DNA from: a virus
Taxonomy: Duplodnaviria; Caudoviricetes
Direction: 5' to 3' (one strand)
DNA: 64,000 bases
IMG/VR virus record: IMGVR_UViG_3300023435_000009
Shown here: positions 43,679-52,621 of the stretch, in pieces
Layout: each line of letters opens with the position of its first letter
How positions within the stretch are numbered: the first letter of the stretch is position 1
Notes under the pieces: generated by a model
What the model was told of the DNA's origin: nothing
What the model saw: only the letters and a program-made list of their open reading frames with translations
The model's database searches: none
Made by a program: the position numbers and the translations under genes

Positions 43679-44665
43679 GTGATTAAGTCTTTCACCTTGT
43701 ATTTCAGTAGTTTTAAGATGTACGAAAACTGTTCCCAGCAGTTCCTGTGGACAAAGGGGTGGGGCAACATCGATTTGGGAAGAGGCCCCGGCAGAGGGAA
43801 GGCCCGTCCAGTCAAGAGATCGGAACACCACGCAGTGATGGGCACGGCCATCCAAGCCGTAATCGAACTTTTCTACAACGAAGAGTTATGGCGTCTGCTC
43901 CCACCAGACCAATTGCGTGACAGATTGCTGGAACTTGCCATCAAGGAAACGGACCTAGAGATCGCCAAGCGGTACATTGACTGGCGACAGGCCATTCCCC
44001 TGGAGGAGATGCGACAACTTATCCGGGACGGTGTCATGGGCTACATTCGGACGCTGAAGGCTCAGATGTTCCTCGGCCCTTACGCCAAGTCAGAAGTCGA
44101 GTTGCTGGCCTACATTAACAAGTGGAATCCGGTCGGTGGCCGGGTGGACATGATCATCCGGCGTGACGACACGGGCATCACGATTCTGGACGGAAAGAAC
44201 GGAAAGCGTTACAAAGACGGCAAAGGCGGTTGGATGACCTTCACCGACCCAGATCAGCTTCGCTGGTACGCCATGTTGTTCTACCTCTGCTACCAGAAGC
44301 TGCCCGACCGCCTGGGCTTCGTTTACTTCCGCTACCCAGCGGGCGATCCTGTCCTTGACCTGGAGGGGAACCCCACGGGGGAGAAGGAAGAGGGGGTCAC
44401 CTGGGTGCCCTTCTCAATGGACGACCTCAAGGGACTGGCCCAGCGAGCGGTGGACTGCCGGAAGGGCCTAGAGAAGGAACAGTTCGAGGCGAACCCCTCT
44501 TGGAAGCAGTGTAAGTTCTGCGACTTCGAGACCGTGTGTCCTGAGAGGATGGCGCAGAAGGAATCGAACCGGCGGAAGCCCCGAAAGAAAAAAGATGAGC
44601 TGAAGCTGACGGAATTTTCGGTTTTTACAATGGGGGCCGTTCCAAAGACGGACGGGAGCGAGTAG
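43679..44665 (+). CDS. RecB/Cas4-like PD-(D/E)XK exonuclease with Fe-S Cys motif
   Basis: N-terminal C, GRVD, LDGK, QLRWY, CKFCDFETVC. Confidence 0.8.
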   Translation: MIKSFTLYFSSFKMYENCSQQFLWTKGWGNIDLGRGPGRGKARPVKRSEHHAVMGTAIQAVIELFYNEELWRLLPPDQLRDRLLELAIKETDLEIAKRYIDWRQAIPLEEMRQLIRDGVMGYIRTLKAQMFLGPYAKSEVELLAYINKWNPVGGRVDMIIRRDDTGITILDGKNGKRYKDGKGGWMTFTDPDQLRWYAMLFYLCYQKLPDRLGFVYFRYPAGDPVLDLEGNPTGEKEEGVTWVPFSMDDLKGLAQRAVDCRKGLEKEQFEANPSWKQCKFCDFETVCPERMAQKESNRRKPRKKKDELKLTEFSVFTMGAVPKTDGSE

Positions 44666-44686
44666 TAGAACCGATGGGGGTGAACC

Positions 44687-44956
44687 ATGAAAGCAACCAC
44701 CGGGCAGGATCTGACGGCACTTGTTCAGCGCCGTGACACACTACGAGAGAACATCCAGCGGGTACGGGGGCGACTAGACTCGGCTCGTCAGGAGCTTGCT
44801 GACACCGAAGCGGAGTGTCGCAGCAAGAAAGTCGATCCGGACAAGATCGACACCGTGATCACCCAACTTGAGCAGAGGCTCGAAACAGAGGTAACTGATC
44901 TGTCGGCTCGACTGGAGCAGGCGGAGACCCAGGTCGCACCCTTTTTGGAGGAGTAG
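44687..44956 (+). CDS. Short coiled-coil protein
   Basis: 89 aa, heptad-like throughout. Confidence 0.65.
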   Translation: MKATTGQDLTALVQRRDTLRENIQRVRGRLDSARQELADTEAECRSKKVDPDKIDTVITQLEQRLETEVTDLSARLEQAETQVAPFLEE

Positions 44957-44958
44957 GT

Positions 44959-46167
44959 ATGAAATTCCAGGTCGCATTGTCGGATCTCACTGAGGCTTTG
45001 AACATCGTGGACGCAGCGATGTCTAGCGAGGCCGCAGACATGCAGGGGCATTTTTTGTTCCGAAAGTCCCAGACGGCTGGTCGTGTGGATGTGCTCACGC
45101 ATGAGCGTTGGTCACAGGCGTCCATATCTTTCGTGGCGGACGTTGAGCAGGGGGATGAGACCGCTTTCACAATCTTTGGGAAGGGTCTGATGAACTTCTT
45201 GGGTGCCGTCACATCCGAGACCCCTGATGCGCTGATGACGGTGGATTTCGATACGAAGACCTCCATCACCACGGTCTCCAATACGGCTATACCGAAGATC
45301 AACTACCCTTTCGGTACCCTTGGCCCGGACGCCTATCCTGATTTCGATAAGCGCTTGCAGGGTGCCAAGGTGACCGGGACGTGTCGTGCAGACCGTCTTC
45401 TGGGTGCCCTCGATGCTGCCAAGGGTTTCATCAGTACCGATGAGCAGCGGGGTCCGCAGAACACCGTGACCGAGTTCCGTGATGGGAAACTCATGGCCAC
45501 CACCCTCAAGACTCTTGGGATCATCAAGATGCCAGGTTTGGACAACGTTATACATCGTATCCAGGTGGGGCAGCACCTCCCGGCGGTCACGGCTTTCCTG
45601 ACGGCCTGTAAGGAGGACACCCTGGAAATGCTGGAGGCGAAAGAGGAGCCTGGAAAGGCTGCTGGGATGTTCTTCCTGCGTCGGGGGGACGGGGCGGTCC
45701 TTGGGTGGTCGCTGTATTCGAAGCCCTTCCCCAAGATCGCTCAGCCCAAGGCTGAGGATGACCGCTGGTGGAAGATCTCTCCGAAGTCCCTTGCAAACGG
45801 CCTCAGGGGTGTCCTGGCGGCGTTCAAGGGGAAGGAAGAGGCCCTGGTACGTTTCTCCCGTCCGACGCCACAGGGACCGTTGCTGTTGACGGCAGCTACC
45901 GAGACGGGGCGGAAGTCCGAGTGGGAGATCCCGGTCATGGACTCGGGGGACAACCCCAAGGCGGATCTGACTGGGATGCCCGATTCCTTCCAGCTTTCTC
46001 GGATCTCTTTGGAGACCCTCCTCAAGGCCATCAAGGACGAGACCATCACGCTGGGACTCAGCTACATGGCATCCATCAAGAAGGGCTATCTTCGGGTCCA
46101 GGAGTCACGGGGAAGCGAAGGGGATGAGTTCCTGTTCATGCTGGCTTGGTGGAGAGAAGGTGAATGA
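44959..46167 (+). CDS. dnaN: DNA polymerase III beta-like sliding clamp
   Basis: MKFQV...L..AL start, 402 aa, beta-clamp-like periodicity, clamp-loader genes present. Confidence 0.68.
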   Translation: MKFQVALSDLTEALNIVDAAMSSEAADMQGHFLFRKSQTAGRVDVLTHERWSQASISFVADVEQGDETAFTIFGKGLMNFLGAVTSETPDALMTVDFDTKTSITTVSNTAIPKINYPFGTLGPDAYPDFDKRLQGAKVTGTCRADRLLGALDAAKGFISTDEQRGPQNTVTEFRDGKLMATTLKTLGIIKMPGLDNVIHRIQVGQHLPAVTAFLTACKEDTLEMLEAKEEPGKAAGMFFLRRGDGAVLGWSLYSKPFPKIAQPKAEDDRWWKISPKSLANGLRGVLAAFKGKEEALVRFSRPTPQGPLLLTAATETGRKSEWEIPVMDSGDNPKADLTGMPDSFQLSRISLETLLKAIKDETITLGLSYMASIKKGYLRVQESRGSEGDEFLFMLAWWREGE

Positions 46168-46796
46168 CCATCCCAGTCCTGACGGGCCTTCGATCCAAGT
46201 TGGATCGAGCCACTGGGCTTCGGGATGGTGTCCGTTCCCGCCTGGTTTCCACAACCGCTGACATCAAGCAGTTGGAGGCGGAGGAGACCCTGTTGGCCTT
46301 GGTGCAAACCTTGCTGCAACAGCTTACAGACCAAGAAGTTACGGTCGGTGTGCAGGCAGTAGAGAAGCTCCAGACCGAGGGTCTCCAAGCGGTGTTCGGG
46401 GATCAGGACTTGCGGGTTAAAGCCGAGGTAGACATTCAGCGGGGCAAGGTTTCGGTGGACTTGGTCACCATCCAAAAGCACCCTGAGGGCCACGAGGTAG
46501 AGGGCCTTAGTGGTGACGCCTTCGGGGGTGCCGTAGCGACGGTGCAGTCGGTATTGTTGAGGATCATCATTCTTCTTCGCCGGGGTCTTCGTCCGCTCCT
46601 ATTGTTAGACGAGACGCTTCCGGCCTTCGATCACAACTACGTGATCAACATGGGTACGTTCCTTTCAGTTCTGTGTCGTCGGTTGGACATGGATATCCTT
46701 CTGGTCACGCACAACACGGCACTTGCCGAGGCGGCGGACCACGCCTATCGATTGGTACAGAAGGGTGGCGCTGTTAAAGTAGAGGCTGTACGATGA
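46164..46796 (+). CDS. sbcC: Rad50/SbcC-like ATPase, C-terminal half
   Basis: Coiled coil, signature-like FGGA, Walker B/D-loop LLLDETLPAFD, H-loop LVTH; no Walker A. Confidence 0.8.
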   Translation: MTIPVLTGLRSKLDRATGLRDGVRSRLVSTTADIKQLEAEETLLALVQTLLQQLTDQEVTVGVQAVEKLQTEGLQAVFGDQDLRVKAEVDIQRGKVSVDLVTIQKHPEGHEVEGLSGDAFGGAVATVQSVLLRIIILLRRGLRPLLLLDETLPAFDHNYVINMGTFLSVLCRRLDMDILLVTHNTALAEAADHAYRLVQKGGAVKVEAVR

Positions 46797-47269
46797 CGGA
46801 TACGATCAGAACCGCCGGGCAAATCCGCCAGCAGTTGAAACAGGTGCTGTTCCGGCATCTTCAGAAGCTCCTCAAGGCCAACTTCCGCAAATCCCCGGAC
46901 ACATGCCATTACCGCCGTCAGGAGAACCTGGGGGATACCGGGATGAAGGTTGGTGTTTGCCGATGGGATGGACCTGATCGTTCAAGGTCTCCCCGAGGTA
47001 AGTTGTGCGACTCCCGTGTTTTCGGATGTGCGGCGATGGCTGGATCCTGTGGCTGGTGGAAACCCTTTCGGGGCAAGGATGATATCAAAGCCGAGTTTAA
47101 GGATCTGATGACCAATGGGAGTCGGGGGCAGATCGCTGCTCTCTATCCTGATGTTGCGGCTTTGATGTGGGTGCTGGATGGGGTCGACGTGTCCCAAGAG
47201 GTGTTGGACGCCGAGAACGAAGCGGACCCACCTGGGTTGGAGACGCCCCCTGAGCCGGAGGTACCATGA
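46793..47269 (+). CDS. Hypothetical Cys-containing protein
   Basis: ATGA coupling; five Cys in the central part. Confidence 0.6.
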   Translation: MTDTIRTAGQIRQQLKQVLFRHLQKLLKANFRKSPDTCHYRRQENLGDTGMKVGVCRWDGPDRSRSPRGKLCDSRVFGCAAMAGSCGWWKPFRGKDDIKAEFKDLMTNGSRGQIAALYPDVAALMWVLDGVDVSQEVLDAENEADPPGLETPPEPEVP

Positions 47270-47817
47270 GCAATCTGCTCCAGGTCGCCAAGTTCAACAC
47301 AAAAGTGATGAGGAAGAAGGGGGCACTACCTCTGATGGTGGAGTTCAATGTTGCCTCGGAAAGTGCCCCCTTCCTGGTGACATCCAGTCAGGCCGTTGTG
47401 TGGGTGGAGGAGGCGCATCCAGGCGATCTGGTTAAGGCAGCAGTGAGGGTAGCAACCCCTGGTGATCTGTTTACCGAGATCATTCGGGCTGTCGCACGGA
47501 GGGGCCTCGCTGACCAGTGGGGGAATGTCCATCCTTTCACCATCAAGGGATTGGAAGCGGCGATGCAGCATCTCCAGTCCTACGACTTCCACGAGTTGGA
47601 GATACTAGCAGCCCCGGTGAAGAAACAGTCCAGTCGTCCCGCTTGGTTGCGGGCACTTCCTGTCCGTCCAGCATCGTGGGTGCCCGCCAAGTGGGCCGTC
47701 GTTGTCCCTAAGGATCGGGAGTATGTTGGGCTCATTGGACACCTGGATCCCAAACATCTCGTATCCGTTGTCCACAATGCCAGCAGGGGTATGGCCATCA
47801 TCCGAACTGGACTCTAA
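47266..47817 (+). CDS. Hypothetical protein
   Basis: ATGA coupling. Confidence 0.6.
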   Translation: MSNLLQVAKFNTKVMRKKGALPLMVEFNVASESAPFLVTSSQAVVWVEEAHPGDLVKAAVRVATPGDLFTEIIRAVARRGLADQWGNVHPFTIKGLEAAMQHLQSYDFHELEILAAPVKKQSSRPAWLRALPVRPASWVPAKWAVVVPKDREYVGLIGHLDPKHLVSVVHNASRGMAIIRTGL

Positions 47818-48530
47818 TGTCTGGGTGGTTGGCTACCGCTTTGGAACGGTGTTCCGTCACCCCGGAAGTAGAGGACTATTTTCTTGGCAGGGGTGGCAAA
47901 GAGGAAACCCTCAGGGCGGAGGGGATCACGACCTGGACCGCATCCGACGTGCCTCTCCCTGATCAAAAGTTTCAGTTTCGGTACGGCAGGTACGGCGAAC
48001 GTCTCGACGGGATGTTGATCTGTCCGGTCCATTCCCCAAAGGGTGCTCTGATCGGATTTGAGGGGCGCTCTATCCACCGTAAGTACATCACGGACTACCG
48101 CCTTCCTGAGGAGAAATGGAACCCCTTCTTCCTGGGCACTCGGTCGGCTATGCCAGCGATCTGGGCTGGGGGCGACGTGTGGCTCGTGGAGGGCCTTTTC
48201 GACAAGTGTCCCTTGGAGTGGGCCGTGCCGCCTCAGGATGCTGTGCTGGCTACTGTTAGGGCGTCCCTGTCACGGAAGCACCTGGAGTTCCTGCGGAGAT
48301 TCTGTAAGGGCCGAGTGCATTTAGTGTATGATCGTGACGAAACAGGGCGCAAAGCAACCGTGGGTTGGGTAGATGAGACAGGCAAGCGGCGAATGGGAGC
48401 TTTGGATTTGCTCCGCAGAGCCGGTTTGAACTGTAGCGACGTGTTCTACACAGGGGGCAAAGACCCCGGTGAGATCTGGGATAAGGGCGGCGCTGTCGCT
48501 GTCCGGGCCGCATTCAACAGAAGGAGTTGA
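47817..48530 (+). CDS. dnaG: DnaG-like primase core (TOPRIM) without Zn-binding domain
   Basis: IGFEGR, LVEGLFD, VYDRDETG, KDPGE. Confidence 0.78.
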   Translation: MSGWLATALERCSVTPEVEDYFLGRGGKEETLRAEGITTWTASDVPLPDQKFQFRYGRYGERLDGMLICPVHSPKGALIGFEGRSIHRKYITDYRLPEEKWNPFFLGTRSAMPAIWAGGDVWLVEGLFDKCPLEWAVPPQDAVLATVRASLSRKHLEFLRRFCKGRVHLVYDRDETGRKATVGWVDETGKRRMGALDLLRRAGLNCSDVFYTGGKDPGEIWDKGGAVAVRAAFNRRS

Positions 48531-48531
48531 C

Positions 48532-48990
48532 ATGGCTGAAATGTGGAAAGCAGGGGACGAGGTCATCACCATCGTCAAGGATCTTATTGCCAAGTACCAC
48601 CCACACCTGGCGCTCGTGGATGACGAGATCGCCGTCGTCTTCAAGGAGAAGGCGTCGACCGTGGGGACCGTGGACATCATAGGGAAGACGGGTAAGGCCC
48701 CGGCGATCCTCTCGGTGTTGGGCGACATCAAGTGGAAGTTCCTCCTCATCCTGGCGGCGGACTCCTGGAAAGGACTGTCGGACAAGCAGCGGGTGGCTCT
48801 TCTCGACCACCACCTGTGTGGATGTCGAGTGGAAGAGAATGCCCAGACCGGGGCCACCAAGTGCTTCGTGGCCCCGCCTGATGTGGCCTTCTACAAGGGC
48901 GAGATCGAGCGGCATGGCGTGTGGCGCACCACCGGGACGCCCCCCAGCCCGAACCTCATCCAGGAACTCTTCGGGTCCGACACCCCGTAA
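48532..48990 (+). CDS. Phage metallopeptidase-like protein, degenerate HExxH
   Basis: W..LSDKQRVALLDHHLCG ... PPDV; AAGGAG RBS. Confidence 0.55.
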   Translation: MAEMWKAGDEVITIVKDLIAKYHPHLALVDDEIAVVFKEKASTVGTVDIIGKTGKAPAILSVLGDIKWKFLLILAADSWKGLSDKQRVALLDHHLCGCRVEENAQTGATKCFVAPPDVAFYKGEIERHGVWRTTGTPPSPNLIQELFGSDTP

Positions 48991-49043
48991 CCCGCAGGGA
49001 CGCATACAAAGCGTCCCGAAAAGCCAGAGGCTAAGGGGGTCTC

Positions 49044-49745
49044 ATTTCACTTGACACGAAATACCGCCCGCTGGGATATGACGATGTGCTGGGACAGGAG
49101 TCCTCCATCAAGATCCTCCGACGCTTTGTGGCAACAGGGAAGGGCCGTTATCAGTCCTACTTGTTCTGTGGCCCTTACGGCTCAGGGAAGACGACACTCG
49201 GGCGGATCCTGGCACGGGCGCTGCTGTGTGAACAGCCTACTCCCGAGGGAGATCCCTGTGACAAGTGCATCTCCTGTCAATCCATTTTGGAGTCAGGAAC
49301 ATCCTTGGATTTCACCGAGGTGGATGCAGCAACCAACTCAGGGGTGGCGGAGATACACAAGGTCGTAGAGTCCGTCCTTTACGATTCCTTCTCGGGACGG
49401 CGACGGTTGTTCCTCTTTGACGAGTGTTTCACCGAGAGCACATTGTTATTAACCCCTGATGGGTTGAAGTCGATTCGAGAGTTGGTTGAATCGGAGTATT
49501 CTGGCCAAGTGTTAGCCGCTGACTTGGATGAGGGGGATCCTCAATGGGTGTCTGTGGCAAATTGGTTTGTACAGGGTAAGCGCAAAACGGTCACGTTGAC
49601 TTTTGATAATGGTGTTGAGATCACCGTTACCGAGACGCAGAAGATTGCGACCCGGAATAGGGGGTGGGTGACAGCCCAGGATTTGACTTCCGATGACGAT
49701 GTGATAGAATGTCACGAGAGCGTCAAGGGGGTGAAGCATGGGTGA
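49044..49745 (+). CDS. dnaX: DnaX (gamma/tau) N-extein fused to split-intein N-half
   Basis: SLDTKYRP, GQ, Walker A GPYGSGKTT, CDKCISC, EVDAA, LFDE|CFTEST; probable ATT start at 49044. Confidence 0.88.
   Translation: MSLDTKYRPLGYDDVLGQESSIKILRRFVATGKGRYQSYLFCGPYGSGKTTLGRILARALLCEQPTPEGDPCDKCISCQSILESGTSLDFTEVDAATNSGVAEIHKVVESVLYDSFSGRRRLFLFDECFTESTLLLTPDGLKSIRELVESEYSGQVLAADLDEGDPQWVSVANWFVQGKRKTVTLTFDNGVEITVTETQKIATRNRGWVTAQDLTSDDDVIECHESVKGVKHG
49425..49742 (+). mobile_element. Split intein N-half (106 aa)
   Basis: Cys1 block A CFTESTLLLTPDG; block B-like TVTETQKI; GWVTAQDL; ends in a stop codon. Confidence 0.85.
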
Positions 49746-50922
49746 TGATACCATTTTGTGCGCCTGCGGTTGTGGTACAGTTATCACAAGGCTTGGACTA
49801 AATGGGAAACCCCGGAAGTACAAACAGGGGCATCAGTGTTTAGGACGGAAGATTATCAAAGATGAGCGGTACTGGGGGATCAGACTTCGAAAATTGCACA
49901 CTAGAGCATCCTTATGTTTGTGCGGTTGTGGAGAGAAAGTGTTGGTGTCAATGAGATGGCTCAAAGAACAATCACAACGGGGGGACCGAAAAAAACGTTC
50001 TGTGTGGTTGCCGAAGTATAAAGAGGGGCATATGCCCCTGACTTATTGTGCCTGTGGTTGTGGGACTTTGATCCCTTCCATGGATTCGAGGAATCATAAG
50101 CGTTCTTTTGTTCCAGGTCACGCTGGGTTTTTGAAGAAAGGGATTGATGTCGTAAATTGGAAAAAACGCAAAGATGAGTGGGGTAAGGCTGCTCCTTTTT
50201 GTGCCTGTGGTTGTGGCGTGCAATTGAAACGTACTGAGAAACAGCTTAGGAGTCATATCCCAGATGCTAAGTATCTATCAGGACATGGGACTCGGAGGGG
50301 TTGTGTTCTTAAGTTGACTCAACAAGAAGAGTCCATTGTTTATGGGTGTCTCTTGGGGGACTTTTCGATCACCATTCCGAAAAAGACGGCCAGACTCGGT
50401 TTCACACATTGCATAGCGCAGAAATTGTATGCCTTACATAAAATAGAAATCTTAAAGAGACTGAGTTGGTGGTGGTGTGAGTTTGAAAGCGGGGGGTATA
50501 AGAAGGGAGGGGGCATGATTAGGGGTACCTCTGCATGTATGCCCATCTTGAATTCGGTTTGGGAAACGGTAAGGCCCTTTGGAGAGGGGAAGCAGGTGAC
50601 CTCTCAATGGCTGGACCACATCGATGAGCGTGCCCTAGCCTATTGGTATATGGATGACGGTTCCTGTGGTGTCCGTTTGGTAGATGGGAGCCCCGCTAGT
50701 TTATCGCTGCATACAGAAGGATTCACAGAGTCTGAAAACTTGTTGTTGGCAAGTTGGTTGCGCCACAAAGGGTATAGGGGGGCTAAAGTAGCCCCAACGA
50801 GAGGGTACTTTTATTTGTATCTCCCAAAATTTGCGGCTAGGAAATTTCTGGCCGATGTTTCTCCTTTTGTCCATTCCTCCATGGGATACAAGTTAGGGGC
50901 AGTGGATGGCACGACTAATTAA
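49738..50922 (+). CDS. Free-standing LAGLIDADG homing endonuclease with four CxCGCG repeats
   Basis: VYGCLLGD, LAYWYMDDG, LHTEGFT; overlaps both dnaX halves; AT-rich. Confidence 0.85.
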   Translation: MGDDTILCACGCGTVITRLGLNGKPRKYKQGHQCLGRKIIKDERYWGIRLRKLHTRASLCLCGCGEKVLVSMRWLKEQSQRGDRKKRSVWLPKYKEGHMPLTYCACGCGTLIPSMDSRNHKRSFVPGHAGFLKKGIDVVNWKKRKDEWGKAAPFCACGCGVQLKRTEKQLRSHIPDAKYLSGHGTRRGCVLKLTQQEESIVYGCLLGDFSITIPKKTARLGFTHCIAQKLYALHKIEILKRLSWWWCEFESGGYKKGGGMIRGTSACMPILNSVWETVRPFGEGKQVTSQWLDHIDERALAYWYMDDGSCGVRLVDGSPASLSLHTEGFTESENLLLASWLRHKGYRGAKVAPTRGYFYLYLPKFAARKFLADVSPFVHSSMGYKLGAVDGTTN

Positions 50923-51028
50923 AAGAGTTGTTGGTGGGGAGCAGATTGTTTTTGATGTGACTACTGAACCTTGTCATAGTTTTTTTGCCTTCAGTGGGGG
51001 GGTGGAAGCTGGGATTTTGGTTCACAAT
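50906..51028 (+). mobile_element. Split intein C-half (41 aa)
   Basis: Blocks F/G, His-Asn terminus, Ser +1. Confidence 0.85.
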
Positions 51029-52039
51029 AGTCACCAACTTTCTTCACAGGCACTTGATGCTTTGCTCAAACCCCTGGAGGAGAACTTCGAGGACACCCCG
51101 GAGAAGAAACTCGTCTGCATTTTTTGTACGACGGAACCTGAGAAGATGCGGGCCACCATTTTCAGTCGTTGTGCTCCCGCCTTCATCATCCAGCCGGTGA
51201 ATCCTGTCGAGGTTGCTGGGCGGTTGACGATGGTGTGTGACAAGGAGCAGATAGAGTACGAGCCGGAAATGCTGCTGGCTCTGGCCGAGATGACGGAGTG
51301 TCACATCAGGGATGCTTTGAAGGCTGTAGAGGGTATCTCCATGTTGGGGGGTATCACACGGGAGAACGTCATCTCCTATCTCCATCTGGACTTGAATAGT
51401 TCCTACCTGGATGTCCTTGAGGCGTTGGGCACGGACCTGGGGAAGGCTATGGAAACAGCCCATCAGATCCTTCTCCAGACTTCGCCCGCCATCTGCTACA
51501 AGAAGCTGGCCGAGACTGCGATGATGGCCTTTGCGTCCACTCTGGGAAACTCCCACATTCCGGTTTACCTGGATGTGGATCGGGTCCGAGCATTAGGGAA
51601 AAGTCAGGGGAATCAGCTTCTGGGGGTGGCCTCCCGGTTGGCCTCCCGACCGATGCGCCCCACAGAAGCGATGCTTCTCTGTGACCTTGGGGTTTTGCAC
51701 CACGGCGGCGGGGCCATTGGGAATGCTCCGGTGGTATTCATGCCCCAAGGTGCTGTCCCCAAAGAGGGGGTCGTGGTTACCCCTGAGCCAAAAACCTCTG
51801 TCCCCTCTACCCCTTCCAGGGGTACACTGGAAGCAGTTGTGATGCGGAGTGGTGAACCTGTGGTGGGGCGAGGGGCCGTCAATGATGGTACCGTACCTGA
51901 TGCATCCAAGAGGAAAGCATTCGTTACCGAAGGACTTGATGTCACTGAATTCGCTCAGATGTTGGGCCGAGCCCTACAAGACGAACTGAAAAGGGTATCC
52001 GTTGGATCAACGAGACACTCAGACGTGGGTGGCAATTGA
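50906..52039 (+). CDS. dnaX: Split-intein C-half fused to DnaX C-extein
   Basis: MARLIKR..VFDVTT..HSFFA..LVHN|SHQLS..DALLKPLEE, FCTTEPEK, TIFSRC, HIRDAL. Confidence 0.88.
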   Translation: MARLIKRVVGGEQIVFDVTTEPCHSFFAFSGGVEAGILVHNSHQLSSQALDALLKPLEENFEDTPEKKLVCIFCTTEPEKMRATIFSRCAPAFIIQPVNPVEVAGRLTMVCDKEQIEYEPEMLLALAEMTECHIRDALKAVEGISMLGGITRENVISYLHLDLNSSYLDVLEALGTDLGKAMETAHQILLQTSPAICYKKLAETAMMAFASTLGNSHIPVYLDVDRVRALGKSQGNQLLGVASRLASRPMRPTEAMLLCDLGVLHHGGGAIGNAPVVFMPQGAVPKEGVVVTPEPKTSVPSTPSRGTLEAVVMRSGEPVVGRGAVNDGTVPDASKRKAFVTEGLDVTEFAQMLGRALQDELKRVSVGSTRHSDVGGN

Positions 52040-52562
52040 ACTTTCTCACCTTGGTGAGGAGAAGGTCCAAGACGGAACTCTTGTAGGCACCCTCCGCCAA
52101 GACCTTGGTGCAGGGGATGACTTCCCTATTTTCATTCCTGCAGCATCCTATCCCAAAGGTCGTAGACGTGTGACCCTTCTCCTGATGGAGGGTTATGTTT
52201 TTGTCGCTTCGGGACTTCCCGACACCAAGTATTTCGAACTGGAGAAACGTCCTTACATTGCACTGGTGATGTCCACGGTAAGTGGGGAGCATCAGATGCG
52301 TGCCGTGACAACGATCCCGAACAGCACAGTGGAGGATCTTCGGCAACAGCTACGGCAAATGGTGTCCTCTGACATCCCTTTGGATGCACGGGTTAGAGTT
52401 ACGGATGGTTCCTACCGAAATCTAGAGGGGATTGTCCGTGGGCTGACTAGGGGATATGCCTTCGTGGAGATTCATTTGCGTTCCTTAGAGGTTGTCGCCA
52501 CAATACCCTGTGTGATGTTGGAGGCTCTCGACCCACTTGCTGAAGAGGATAAAGGTCGGTAG
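52002..52562 (+). CDS. nusG: NusG/RfaH-like transcription factor
   Basis: WVAI, LLMEGYVFV (NGN domain), KOW-like VRVTDGSYRNLEG. Confidence 0.75.
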   Translation: MDQRDTQTWVAIELSHLGEEKVQDGTLVGTLRQDLGAGDDFPIFIPAASYPKGRRRVTLLLMEGYVFVASGLPDTKYFELEKRPYIALVMSTVSGEHQMRAVTTIPNSTVEDLRQQLRQMVSSDIPLDARVRVTDGSYRNLEGIVRGLTRGYAFVEIHLRSLEVVATIPCVMLEALDPLAEEDKGR

Positions 52563-52621
52563 TATTCTTTTTGAGCTTCTCGGACTTTTTGAGCTGCACT
52601 ACAATCTGCGATGAGGTTGTG

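Noticed and set aside
43679-44665. Cas4 of a CRISPR system
   Set aside because: No cas1/cas2 or array; context is recombination and replication genes
49051-49080. TTGACA promoter upstream of dnaX
   Set aside because: It lies within the extended dnaX coding sequence (L-D-T) and has no matching -10
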